Positions 51,655-64,000 of a stretch of 64,000 bases of DNA are shown here, in pieces (the first letter of the stretch is position 1; the number at the start of each line of letters is the position of its first letter). The notes beneath the pieces were generated by a model. That model was given only the letters and a program-made list of their open reading frames with translations. It ran no database searches and was not told the DNA's origin. A program made the translations under genes and the position numbers. The stretch comes from Sphagnum compactum (Eukaryota), in assembly GCA_965153455.1 (NCBI GenBank), contig OZ234494.1:3162001-3226000 (forward strand), read 5' to 3'.

Positions 51655-52095
51655 TTTTGGTTACAATGTTTTTGATGGGCAAAGATTTTTTTTTCATTTT
51701 TTAAAGTGAATTTTTATTTATTAGGGTGTGGGGAATGTTTTTGATGGGTAGAGATGATTTTTTGTTTTTTTATTCAAGAGTGTTTTTTAATTTCTTGGAA
51801 TCATTATTTTTTTTTGTTTAGAGATTTTTTTTTATAAATCATTGTTGAAGTGAAATTTTTTATTTTTTAGGGTCACAATAATTTTTGATGGGTATAAATC
51901 TTTTTTTTTCTTAGTTGAAATAAATTTTAATTTTTTGGGGCCACAATTATTTTGATAAGTAGAGATGTTTTCTTTGTTCTTTTGATCAAATGAAATTTAA
52001 TATTTTAAGGTCATAATATTTTTAATGGGCAGATAGACTTTTTTTATTCAAGTAATTTATTTTTGAAGGCCACAATAGTTTTTGGATGGGCAGAG
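51655..52095 (+). repeat. Degenerate tandem repeat (GGTCACAAT.TTTTTGATGGG.AGAGAT-T-rich)
   Basis: Motif TTTTTGATGGG(C/T)A or close variants recur about 6 times, mostly 65-70 bp apart. Confidence 0.65.
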
Positions 52096-53464
52096 GTGCA
52101 TATTGTAATACCTGAATGGATTCAACATTAATTAAATTATTAAAAAAAATTAAAATTACTTGCTTTAAATATCAAAATTTCAAAACATTACAAGCTTCCA
52201 TTGGTGAAACTTCTAAAAACCTAAAGCTAATGCCAAGATTGCCACCATGTTTTTTTGACACACGATCATGAGCTATGGACTGGCTCGAAAGTTGCTAGGA
52301 GCTTAGTTTAATCTTAGTTTTGAGAGTATATTAATGCTTGTGTGAACTTTGTGTTGGTTTGAACATCGCAAACAACAACTCCACAACAACCAAAATGTTC
52401 ACTCCCATCCCTGAAAACAACAACAACACATTTGTTGCTACTATTGTATTATGTACTGTAGAAAAAATGCCTTCTTCATTATAAGGAAGAGCAAGCAAAC
52501 AATGGGGAGCTTGGTGAAAAAGTCTCCTTCGCTTATGTATATGGATGTAGTTGCAATGTGTCTTCATGCAAGCTCCCAAACTAACACCATCGTAACAACC
52601 ACACCTTTTAGTGTTTTTAGGCCTTTGAAATATAGTGGAGAAATGACAATTGCAAGCAAACTTGCTATTGTTATTGCTACAAACTCTTCTGGAATGGGTT
52701 AGATCAATAATCAAGTTGTTATTGGCTTCAAAGTTCTTGTAAAACATGTCTTTGTGATGGGAGTTCAAGTTGCCATTCTATAATAATGTTATGAACATAA
52801 CAACAATAAAATTTCGAGCTCCAAGAGAACCCATTGTTTTGGGATGAACATAATGTTTAGGTACATCCAAAAGAAAAAGAAAAAACATTGCATCCATCAT
52901 CCTAGGTCCTAGTTCTTCTTTGCACCCATATTTTGTATCATGTCAACCAAGCTTTTTCAAAAAGGGAGAAAAAAAAGAAAAGTCTTTCTTCTTCCAAGCC
53001 TATTGTTGTTGTTTGGGTCCAAAAAGAAATGATCTTATGTTGCATTGGGTTGGGTTGATTTATTCTTCTTCTTCTTGAACTAATTGGGTGTATGTTTACG
53101 CACATAATTTTGTTTGTTGTAGGTATTAATTCAAACTCCACCCATGAAAACTCATAAATGGCAACAACAACAACAATAACAACACAGTCTAAATTGTTCA
53201 ACAACAACAACCATGGTGTGCAAAAATTTGGGAACTTGCCCATCAAGAGTATATATGCAACACTCCAAAGAAACAATAGCGTAACAACATCTAAACCTAC
53301 AATAGATGGAAGTTGCTACCACTTTTATGTTGTTCTTCTCATTTGCAAGTTAGATTCATTTCTTTTCATCAAGTTTGTCATAATAGATTTAGTCTTGTGT
53401 AACATCTTCCAAGTTCACAAGGGTCCAACTTTGACATTGTAGATATTAAAGTTAGTCACTATAT

Positions 53465-53621
53465 GTGAAAATCCAAACATCACGAAACCAAGCCAATGCA
53501 CCCGTCCTTGTCAAGAGCTTTCCAAGGATACCCTAAACACAATCTAAAACACCTTGATTTGGTGGATCTCATAGTTACAAAACAAGAAAAACAAAACAAA
53601 CTACCTTGCTTCATAGATAGA
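53465..53621 (-). mobile_element. Probable 5' terminal fragment of another Helitron-like repeat
   Basis: Minus strand starts A|TCTATCTATGAAGCAAGGTAG, a typical Helitron 5' TC end. No matching 3' end located. Confidence 0.4.
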
Positions 53622-54095
53622 TATTGCTCATCACACATTCGTTACCTTTTTCCTTAAAGATTTGCTTACTTCATTAGTCCTGGTGTTTGATCTAATTTTT
53701 GGCTACCTTCACCAATCTTGTACCTTTTTTTAAATGCTCATCATCCAATTCATAATTTCTCACCTCCATTTCTTCTTCCATACTAGTAAATGCCAACATT
53801 AAATGATGATTTGCAATGAAAATCCCTTGGATGGAACTACACAACTATGAATGCTTCCATTTTTCAAACTTCTTTCGGACAACATGTTGAAGTTCCTAGC
53901 GGTTTTAACCTTTGTAGGAGCAGAGGCAATTATTCTTCAAAACCTATGCCCCTTATATTTCACAATTGGAGTTTTTTAAAAAGTTATACTATGTTTTTTC
54001 ATTGCCTTTTGCCTTTTTTTTAACTTATTTTTTAAACATAACCATTTAAACGATGCCACTTGTTCTTGAAGTGATCCATTTTAATGGTTACCTTA

Positions 54096-54565
54096 TCCTA
54101 TATATTAATTCACTTGTCTGTCTGTGACACGGCTTGGGAAGGGGGTTTGGCAGAACCGGCCGGCCTCTAAATATACCCAGATGGGGAAAACATAGTTTAT
54201 TTCGACCAATCGACGTAGCTGACAGAAACGAGGTCCCGAAATGAGCCGCAACTGGCCTGAAATGTTCTAGCGCCAAGTGCGGGTCGTGGTGGCGGAGAGA
54301 CACCTGGCCTGAAATATCTTTTTTTAATGGGAAACTTTTTTTTTTCCCCTCTTGGAAATGTGGCGAATTTTTTTTTTTTTTGAAAATTTTCCAAAATGCT
54401 CGCTTCACCATGTATGTTTTCATGGGGGACTTTTCAACGGATTTTCGTCACAAAATTTTTTTTAAAAAAAAAAAAAAAAGTTGCTTTGCGCCTTTGTGTG
54501 TGTCTCTCTTGGTTTAAAGAAACCGAGGGACTTGGCAGTGTCCAAAGGTCACGGGTACCCACTAG
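54096..54565 (+). mobile_element. Small non-autonomous Helitron (about 470 bp)
   Basis: 5' end A|TCCTATATATTAA at 54095/54096. 3' end has an imperfect hairpin GTGTCC-AAA-GGTCAC followed by GGGTACCCA-CTAG|T at 54562-54566. Inserted between A and T with no TSD. Confidence 0.7.
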
Positions 54566-54649
54566 TTGTCTACAAAGAAAGGAAATAAACATTTGCTCAT
54601 GAATGAATTGAAGAGAGATAGAAACAAAGAGGAAATGTATGCCCATGAA

Positions 54650-57600
54650 AGATAAGGAGAGTGAGGAAAGAATGCACTATGTAATTGGAAACATCCATTA
54701 AAAACATTGCCTCAGGTGCACACTATTAAGTTAACCAATAGACTTATAAGAAGACTAAGATAAATATTCATCATCTATTTATGCAGTAACAAATACTTTA
54801 TTTTTAATGTCAATTTCAGGTATTACATTACTTATTAGTAGGTAACTTTTGGAGGCTTAAATCTCTTTATTCAATTTGCTCAAATTTCGAGGCAAACAAT
54901 CATTACAAGACATGAAACATTGGTTTCTAGAAGCAAGAAGAAGACTCGGTCATGCTCTCCAATAAGCATTCAAGATAAATAGCTGATTAAAGGAGTTGTC
55001 ATCCGAATTCAAGTCACAACAAGCTTTGCAAAGTGAACTTCATTTTAGCTTTTCACTATACAAGCAAGAATTTATGCGAAGACATCTCAATGCCCACATA
55101 GGGGTAAATAAAAAGTGTTCCAGATTTTGAAGACAGCCTTTTGTTCCAGTCCCTGATTTGATGTAACCCTGGCAAACTTTATTAGAGTGGGCACCAATCT
55201 GGACAAGAAGTGGAAGTACAAAAGAAGAGGACCCAAGTCCAAGTTGAATTGCTACAAGTCAGATGTTGAAGACTAGGTTCAGATAATGGAGATCCTAACC
55301 CAACAACAAAATGCTTGTAACAAGTCAGCAGTGGGAATGGGAGGTGGGTCTGGAAGAGGGCAGTCAAGAGGTGGCTAAACCCACTGCTTCTGCAGCAGAA
55401 GGCTGATTCCAGATTTTGACCCCACTTGCAAAGTTAGATGCTGGTTCCAGTTCGGGTCCAAAGAACTGGAACCTCTGGTTCTAGCCCACCAACCTGGGGC
55501 ACTGTCTTAACAATCAATAATCATCCATTCTAGCATGTTGGAGGCAAAGATTTTGGCGCTTCCCTGGCCTTGACATGATTTTTCTGCAGAGTGACACACC
55601 CTCCACTTTGTCACAAGTCTGTAACAGCCCATCCATAAAAAAATCACATTAATCCTTCCTCACTAGAATGACTAGAAGAGGGCAGTCCTTTCCCAAGATC
55701 TCCTCTTACAGCCAAGGCCTGCCACATTACAGGCCAGATGTCAGATTTCAGGAAAACTCCACAACTAACACTTTGAAGGTCACCATTGCATCTGGTCCAA
55801 GGAGACCAAAACTAACATGACAAGAACAAGTGTGGTATTACCCTTATGATTGTAAGTCACAAGACCATCGCCTTCATGATGAATAGCAATAATAGTTTGA
55901 CTTTTAGACCAGTCTACAGGGATGGCACCTACTTATCAGCAGCATCAAGGATTGATTGTAGATTGGGTGTGGGTGAGCACTCTCAATCTTCACAATGACA
56001 TGGATATTGGATCTACAGTTCACTTTGAACAGGGCACTTTGAAGTACCCATCCACCATGACTCCTGTAAAGGTGTAATAGCTCAATAATAATATTGAGCT
56101 CTAGATGGAAGAATCCAATGGTACAATGGATGAACACAAGTGCTTCAGTAAGGGCTCTAACTGAAAAACCTCTGAATCTTTGACAAATGAGAGCAAACAT
56201 TAATCCGCATTGTTGGCCACTCCAATTTGATATCTTCCCCAGTCCTCTGTGAAACAGTCCCTACCAACCCTTGTGAGAATTAAAAATTCTGTCTTCTGCT
56301 TCTCTCTCCATGTTGCTCAATAGGATAGCAGATAAAGGTGAGGTAGATACATGGCCCCATTGACAACTGCATTATGTTCTTTTTTAGAAGAGATGTTGGC
56401 TTGCACTATCACAGCCATTTGATACACAACATTTCTGCATGCCAATGCTTAGACTTTGCAGCCAGCAGTAAGCATCCTACAACAACTCTGAAAACAAGTA
56501 TGGTCAAATGGTGACCAGAAGTGAGATATATACAATGAATGAGCAACATGTCACCCTCTTCCACATTGTAACATTGACAGATGTATCAGTGCAAATTCTA
56601 CACATGATTGTGAAAGTAAAATGCATGATTGGCTGTGGCAGATCCCCATTCAAACCTACACAGCAAACCGTAAAACCTCGTCAATACTTCCATGTGTTCT
56701 TTCAGGCATGACTCTAAAGGTTGACAATGACCTTTATTGTGGAAAAGCAAGACATGCAATCCCAGCTCACTTCACAACAACAAAGCATACCTTAGCATCA
56801 AACATTACAACAATGACATTAGCAGCTGCCTGCACATTGATCTCCTGCACAAGGTCAAGAATGTTCTTGTGAGATGCATGTTTGTCATGTGAAATATTTA
56901 ACTGTACCACAGTGAAGACAATTTCAACAAGCTCCAATATCATCTCTTGTGTGTTTTAATGTTGGTCCAGTAGTGCACACAGTCTTCATCTTGCATTGGA
57001 CACTCAGCTATACCCATGCCCTGGCCTCCCCTCATGGATCGACAGCAAATGCTCAAAAAAATGTCCAAAACATAACCACACCAAAAGAATACATAAACAA
57101 AACCATGCCTGTCTACCAATACTCTCTGCCTCTGATTCTGCACATGCCAAATTAACCAAAGAAAGAAAAACATGCCACAAGCCCATCTGAGCCTATCAAT
57201 CCTTCATGCCTGCATTCTCTAGCATGCCAACAATACCACTGTTTTTTGCTTTGTGTTCTGTTTTCAGCATTCTTTGAGATCTTCCTTCCATTGTTCGCCT
57301 TCTGTGCCACACATGACATTTCCTCATTTACAAAAAAAGGAAGTGGAAACAATAAGAGGCTGCTAGAACACAATAGCAGGAGGCTCCAGAACAAAGACGA
57401 AAGAAATGCATCCTCCTCTACTGGCAAGCATCAGCACTGTCTCTTAGCCCTTAGGGGCTGACTCCTTTTCCAAGAACGAGGACAGTTCCTAACCCTAACC
57501 GAGGTATCGTGACTTCAAAACCTTCTTTGTTGGGAAAGAACCCTAGATTGGACAGTACGGCAGCCTCGCCTACTCCTAATGCGATCCCTAACCCCACACA

Positions 57601-58100
57601 AAAAGAAAAAACAGCATGTAGTTTAGACCATGGACGAAAGCCCAAGGCCATGAAGTTACCGCAACCTAAAACCAGTTCGAAGCAGCCACAGCTAACAACA
57701 AACCAGCCTCATTGAACCAGGTGTTCAAACACTTAAGAGAACCCAGACCAGGAGTTGTTGCCAAAGATTGAATACGCCAGCCACTAAACGTACCTTGGGA
57801 GAGGCAGTAACCGGAGCCAATTGAGACTGATCGTCGTCAGGTGACACAGGGGACGATGCTTTCTTCCTGGGATCGGAGATGCAACGAGCCCTGCAGAGCG
57901 CCCCTCTGAGCAACAGCAGTTTTTGCCATAACGAGAGCACGCAATGCTAATATCAACCACGCAAGATGCAATCCAACTCGCGCCCGCACAAACAAGCCCA
58001 AGCAAGCAAGCAAAACTGCGAGCGCGCAAACACGAGAGCATGAAACCCTAGGTACCAAACAACACAAACTGCACGACCAAATTAGGGTTATTCGAACATT
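54650..58100 (-). other. Putative spliced Pol II transcription unit with no long ORF (lncRNA, small-peptide gene or pseudogene)
   Basis: GC-rich first-exon-like block at about 57794-58040 ends in CCCAAG|GTACGT. Telo-box AAACCCTA at 58043. Internal 54-nt exon candidate TGTGCAG|GAGATC...GCTAAG|GTATGC at about 56791-56844. Composition is gene-like, not TE-like. Confidence 0.4.
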
Positions 58101-59249
58101 AATGAAAATTTGGGATTTTACATTCAAGGAATTTTGTTTGTGGGTATGTGTTTACTATTTATCTATCTCAATATTATTGTAAATGAATTGGCCCTCCAAA
58201 AGCCATCATCATGTTAATCTTCTTATGCTTTTTTGGTGTTCATCAGCGCTTTCTTGATGTGCGTTCTTATTGTTTGACAATTACAACATGATTCCCATTC
58301 ACATGTTTTTTTAAAGTTGTTATTCCATATGTTTTATAATATGTTATAAGTCCATTTCTTTTTTTTAATGTTTGGATTGAAAACATGTAAAGGATTGTTG
58401 TAACAAAACAAACATTTCATGACTTGAAAGTTTTTAGGATCAACTTATTTGTCATCATTTAAACACATAAAAACCTAACAAATTGCATTCCTATTATGAC
58501 CTCTCCATATTTTCTTGAACATGCAATTTTTGAAGGTTTGTTTCCATTTCATTTCTTTCATTTGTTTATGTTATTTCTTTTGTTGTATTTTTTTCTATGT
58601 AAAAATTTGCATTCAAAATTTCATCTTGCATATTCCATTGGTTGAAACAAATTTCATTTTCACCATCAATGAAAATTACATTTTCATTTTCATCACTTGA
58701 TTCCATTTTTTAATAGATATTAGATAGGTTGGAGGAGAAATTTTTAAATAATTGTAAAATTTGCCAAATTTATGGGTTTCAATTTTAATTGCCTAATTTA
58801 TGCAAAGGCTACCAAACAAAAATTATCAAAACAATTATAAGCAAATAAAGCAATTGTAAACATTAACAAGATTTGGGAGGTAAAAGTTGTGCCAAAAAAT
58901 GTTTTAATGTGAGAATTTTTTTGTGCAAGTGGGATTTTAATCCTACACATGACACAAAACACATAATATGTCAAATGATTAACATGGATAATTATTTTTC
59001 CTAAAACATGTTTAATTAAAATAGAAAAATAAATTGAAAACATATGTTACAAACAAATTAGGACAACATAGAATGAAAAAATAATAACAAAATGAAAAAA
59101 GGGAAAATGCACTTTTAAAAAAACACTATACAAAATAATACAAAATACCTTGGACTTGAAGAAAAAGCTGAAAACTGTCTTCTCCCACACATACATAGAA
59201 AAATGCAAAGGGAAGTACCAATTTTAAAAGGACCAAAGAAAATTGATAG

Positions 59250-60830
59250 ATTGTATATATACAACAAGTTTTGATTTATGGATGTTCAAGGGGGCACATG
59301 ATATTTTTGCTCTTGTGATTTACTTTTTAGGATTTGATTAATAATCTAAACAAATGACTATTGGGTTATTTGAAGTAATAAAAACTATTGGTCAAGCTTT
59401 GGCCAAAAAATTGACAAAATTACATGAACAATATGGATTGAATTTTTTTTAATTACATATGTGAAAGATGAGGGGTCAAATTTGAATGCAATGACAATTG
59501 CTTTGAAATCAATTTTGCCATGTGAAGTTTTAAGTTTGGATGAAAGTTTCAGAGGCATTTTTTTTAACAATGTTTTTTCTAAGGCATGTCATCATGTTAC
59601 AATTGATGAAAAGGTTTGCAAAAACCTTATATTTATTTCCATCAAGTCTACCCAATTAAATTTGTAGACATGTATAATTTGGCCTAAAAAGTTGAGAAAG
59701 AGCATATAGGAATGGAACAAGGTGTGTTTAAATTTGATCATTCACCCTAGAAAATTGAATACTTCAATGAAAACAAGGGAATTTTTTTAATCTTTTATAA
59801 ACTAATTTTCTTCCTTTTCCTTTTTATTTTAAGGTTTTTAAAATTATTCAATTATGCTGGTTTGATACACATATTAACATTGCATGTGTAATTATGGTTG
59901 TAAGTTTGTTAGTAAAATCATTGAGTTCTAAAAGGCCTTGCAATTCAAGGATCTTATTATCCTTGATATAACAAGCAAAATATTATTAGAATCAGTGGTA
60001 AGGTGCCTATTTTTACTTGGCACATTTTTCAAATATTTGTGGATTATCTTTTTCCTATTGTGAATGCTTATGTTTTGAACTAGTTTAATAGCCATTGGTT
60101 ATTGTCTAATGCATTGCAATTTGCCATTACCATGTGCTTGAAGGGAGAGTTATAAATTAACCTACCCAAATTAATTAATGATGATTTTGTAATTGCTTTT
60201 GAGTTATATTTGTTTGTTACCAATATCAAGAAGGAAGTTTGTGGTGTTTTGGAAATTTTCCTTTAAAAAAAAGAAGATATGAAAAAAGAAAGTTTCACAA
60301 TGTGTTATGTTTAATGTTAAACCCAAGATTTAATAACTCTCATTTAATATCTTCTTTTATTGGCCATGAAGGGGTGGACATTGTCGAAGAATATGATAGA
60401 TGATCATTATATCCTATGCTTTTGAAATGCTCTCATTATTTACACCCAATGGCACAATTTGAAGTTGAACGTGCAAACTAAACAACAAATGCAGATTTTG
60501 ATCTAAATATTTAAAAACAAATTCTCAACTCAAAGGAACCAATGATAAAACTTGTCCCTGAAAATTGTTGAGTTTTAGACATTACCAAGTGGATCCCAAG
60601 GAAATCAAATGTCCTTTTCAATGGTGGGGAAAACATGAAACCATATTTCATATTGTTGGCTTTTTGGCCTGCCAAATCCTTGGGATTATTTGGGTCATAA
60701 ATTGAGATTGAAAAGATTTTTTCTTTAGCAAAAATAGTTACAAGCTTGAAGAGATGTCATTTACAATCAAACAATTTTAAAAGATTTAATTTTGTGAGCA
60801 CAAATTGGTGAAATGATCATAGAATTAATT
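59250..60830 (+). mobile_element. hAT transposase remnant
   Basis: Interrupted frames read TTSFDLWM, IGLFEV, YVKDEGSNLNAMT, FSKAC, and a C-terminal dimerisation-domain pattern FQWWGKHE...LACQILGI...EKIFS...KRCHLQ. Confidence 0.8.
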
Positions 60831-61949
60831 ATAAACCACCTTCCCATTTGGTGGAGCTAGTTGAAAACAATTTAGGTTTTGAGGAGTTTGAAGGTTCTTC
60901 TAAATAAAATGAATTTGTGGACATATAAAATGTTGGCATAATTTATTGATTTTCATGTTTATTTTACATTTTCCTTACATTTTATGATTTTACAAATAAA
61001 AATTTCAAATTTTGAAATAGTCCATTGTGTAAGAACCACATTTGGAAACCAACTAATATGAATTATTTAAGAATTGGCACTTTGAAATCCAAGGGAAATT
61101 AATTCTCTTAATTAAAAAAAACCCTTCTTGGGTTTATTGCAAATAAAAACTAGATCAAGTTTTGACAAATCTTTTCAAACCCAACCCCAACAATTTTAAA
61201 AAAATACCAAGAACCACCCAACACTAGTAAGGAGTGGCTTTGGGTGAACACATGGTTTGACCAATTTGAAGCATTGGTTTTGGTTAGTAAAAATTGAACT
61301 AGAATTGGATAAGAACTAAAATTTAAATCAAACTCCATTTATGTCTAGAACTAGAAGTTTTGAAAAACAAAAATTGAAGAAAAAATACTAGAAACGGGGT
61401 TAACCATAGGGTAACCTATAGTCAATTTAATAGCCCAAGTTACCCAAAATTAGGTTTGGTTTTCAAAAATCAAAATCAATATATTTAAAACTAAAACCAA
61501 ATTTTAATTTTAAATTCCATTTTCCTATGGAATTGGAATTGGAACCACTTTAATTTTGTTAAAGAATCAAAACTAAAGTTTTTTCAAAAATTGTTAAGCA
61601 TCAGTAAGGATCAAGAACATTGGCCATTTAAGGAATCCTTGTTTAGCCCAAGGGTGAGAACTTGGGCTGACTTGGGAATGAGGGCTGAGTGCGAGGGTGG
61701 GCATTGAGTGAGCACGAGACCCAAATTCTCATAATCACCCCATACAAAGTTCTTTCCCCACATAAAGATCTAGTAGATTTTGATTTTTAAAATGAATATC
61801 TATGATTGAATTTCAAAGGGAGAGGAGGCAAAACTTTATTAAGGGTAATAAGGCACCTTCCACATTAGTGTCTTTTAATGTTTTTTTGAAAGTTGTTATA
61901 TTGGCTCCAATTTTTGTCCTTCCATTGAATGATGGCCTCTTAAAAAAAA

Positions 61950-64000
61950 AGGTTCTTGATCTAATGTAGAAACATTGTGCATAAAATTGAATGCATAAAT
62001 CCAAATGAAAAATGAAGCTTTTCATCAACTTATTTTTTATGAATGCCATTCTTGAAAAACAAGAATCATTTTCCACAAACCCAAGGAGTTGAATACATGT
62101 TATCTTGGTAAGCTTTATGAATTTCAAGAGCTTCATGCTTGAGGATGGTAAAACTACTAAGTTTGGCCCAATATAGTTGAATGATAGGGTTTAGATGATA
62201 TTTTCTTTTCATGACTGCTTCACTATTTGCAACCATTGTCATTTTAAAGAAAAAGTATTGTAAATCCAAAGCATGGTCATCAAGTAAAACTTTCACCCAG
62301 CCCCATCTCTTTTGACCTTTGAAAGCCCACAATAGGCAACCATGATGATAGGCGTGCAAGTGCTGATGGAAAAAATCTTTAACATCAATGAAGTGATCAA
62401 CCCAAAAATTTGGGTAGATCATAGCTAATATTAACATGAGTTTGTGGTTCAAGAATCTATCATGTAGTTCATGGACAAGTGACTTGGTAAAATCTTCACA
62501 ATTTTGTTTCACATGAATCGACACCAAGGGGAAGTTTAACCTTAATACAACTTTGAAATTGCTTGTTGCAAGGCAATGTTATTTCATAGAATATTTAACA
62601 CCAAAAAATTTATTAACAAGGTAAGCAAGTTCCTCATTGTTTAGGTCTGCACACTGACTCATTGGCAAATTTTTATTAGTGAACATCTTAAGACTATTCA
62701 ATTCATCAAAGGTTGGGTCAAAAAAATTACTATAAGGATCATTGTAGAAATGGTGGAACTTTAGTTGGAAGATATTCATTGTGTCAATAAAATCAGACAT
62801 GAAGATGTCCCAAGATTAGGCAAGTTTAATCAAATCATGGACACAATCCAAAGTGGCAAAATTGTATGTAAACCTAGAATGGGCGAGGTTACAAAGGAGG
62901 CTTAAGTTGTTATTAACAATGTTGTTTTGAGGTGAATCAACATGCATTTTTGCAATTTAAGATTGGTATTGTTCCATGATGTGCTTCATGGGAAACAACA
63001 TACTTATCCATCTTGTTTTCACATTTTTGAACAATGTGTTTCATTTTTCTATGAACACATCACATAACCTTTGAAATTCTAGAAATTTTTTAGGCAAATG
63101 AAAAAAAAACCCATACAAAACATGAAGGAAGGTTTTGAAGCAAACCACCAAAGTCAACTTTGATAAGACCAACATTGCCAAGTTGATTTGGGTGGGCCAA
63201 ACAATGCTCTCGCATAAAATAACGTCACATTCTTTTTCATCTATGTAAATCACACCGACTTTTGCACTTTGAAACACATTGTTGCCATCATAGCCCATTG
63301 ATATGAGCTTTGCCCCCAATCGATCAACATTCAAACCTTTATATGTAACCATCACACTGACCATGAAATGAAAAACATTCTCAATGGTCCCTTGCACACC
63401 AATCTTTTCCACACAAATTAGAAGTGGAGTTCATTTCCACCTTTGAACAACAAACAAATGAATGGATCTTAAAGGTGTCTTCAATTGCAGTGACCTCCTC
63501 TACATTAATAAAGAAGAAATTTGCAACATAAACAATATTTCAAATGGAATTCAATAAGTATTCATTCATGGACTCCACTATACCTTAATTTGCAAAATCA
63601 TTCCAATGTTTTTTAGGAATGTGTTTGACTTTAAGCACATTGAAAAGTTTTTTTAAACCTTCAAAATTAATCATTGGTCGACTTTGAGACAATAGATGAT
63701 AAATTGAAACAAATGAAACAAATTTTTTTTTCTTTTATTGTGAAACTTCAACAACAACTAAAATCCAAAATTGAAGGACACTTAAAGATTGTGTATATTC
63801 ATTCATTGCATGCACATTAACATTTAGGGTTGAACTAAAAAACCTTACTTCAATGTTAGCATTTAACAACCTTGGCTTTATGCCTACTTACATGTTTCAA
63901 CATGTTTTTAAGCTTAAGAACCATAAGCTTTTCTTTGCCTTTTACTTCAAAGTGAATTGCACAATGTACCTACTACACATTACCTTTGGTATATGTTGCA
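61950..64000 (-). mobile_element. Second, different hAT-superfamily transposase remnant (ZNF862-like), runs off the window end
   Basis: ORF fragments SMGYDGNNVFQSAKVGV, KNVKTRWISM, and GFVENDSCFSRMAFIKNKL (decayed ER.FS.M..IK..LR motif). Many stops. Confidence 0.65.

Noticed and set aside
52331..53442. ORFs of 83-145 aa
   Set aside because: Low-complexity ACA/TTG-rich sequence with no domain signature.
54096..54330. Pol III ncRNA (telomerase RNA, MRP, 7SL) suggested by TATA...poly-T
   Set aside because: No telomeric template or conserved cores recognised; the TC...hairpin-CTAG ends explain it as a Helitron.
55555..55575. miR390 target site / TAS3 locus (GGCGCTTCCCTGGCC)
   Set aside because: Only the first ~11 nt resemble the site, the seed-pairing end is absent, and no second site was found.
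56791..56844. EngA/Der GTPase exon (EINVQAAANVIVVMFDAK)
   Set aside because: Resemblance covers only 18 residues and no G1, G3 or G4 motifs were found nearby.

Overview
AT-rich, intron-containing eukaryotic DNA from a land plant. The gene families and repeat landscape suggest a bryophyte, possibly Sphagnum-like moss; this is inference only. One intact gene is clear: a 19-exon aconitase on the minus strand (24729-32938) with a long N-terminal extension ahead of a second in-frame ATG. A 6-exon CYP716-like (CYP85 clan) P450 on the minus strand (6081-9405) looks pseudogenised, with an exon-1 frameshift and a stop before the heme Cys. The rest is mostly transposon-derived: a 5'-truncated LINE, a solo LTR, a non-autonomous CACTA element carrying a 25-bp minisatellite, a small non-autonomous Helitron, two hAT remnants and tandem arrays. 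There is also a large decayed Helentron-type Helitron (OTU, DUF6570-like, HUH Rep, Pif1 helicase, AP endonuclease) whose 3' part is inverted. Two oddities stand out: a mosaic of KH-domain and CLC-channel gene fragments at 35.3-36.1 kb, and a probable spliced transcription unit without a long ORF at 55-58 kb. All coordinates and translations were read by hand; no database searches were run.
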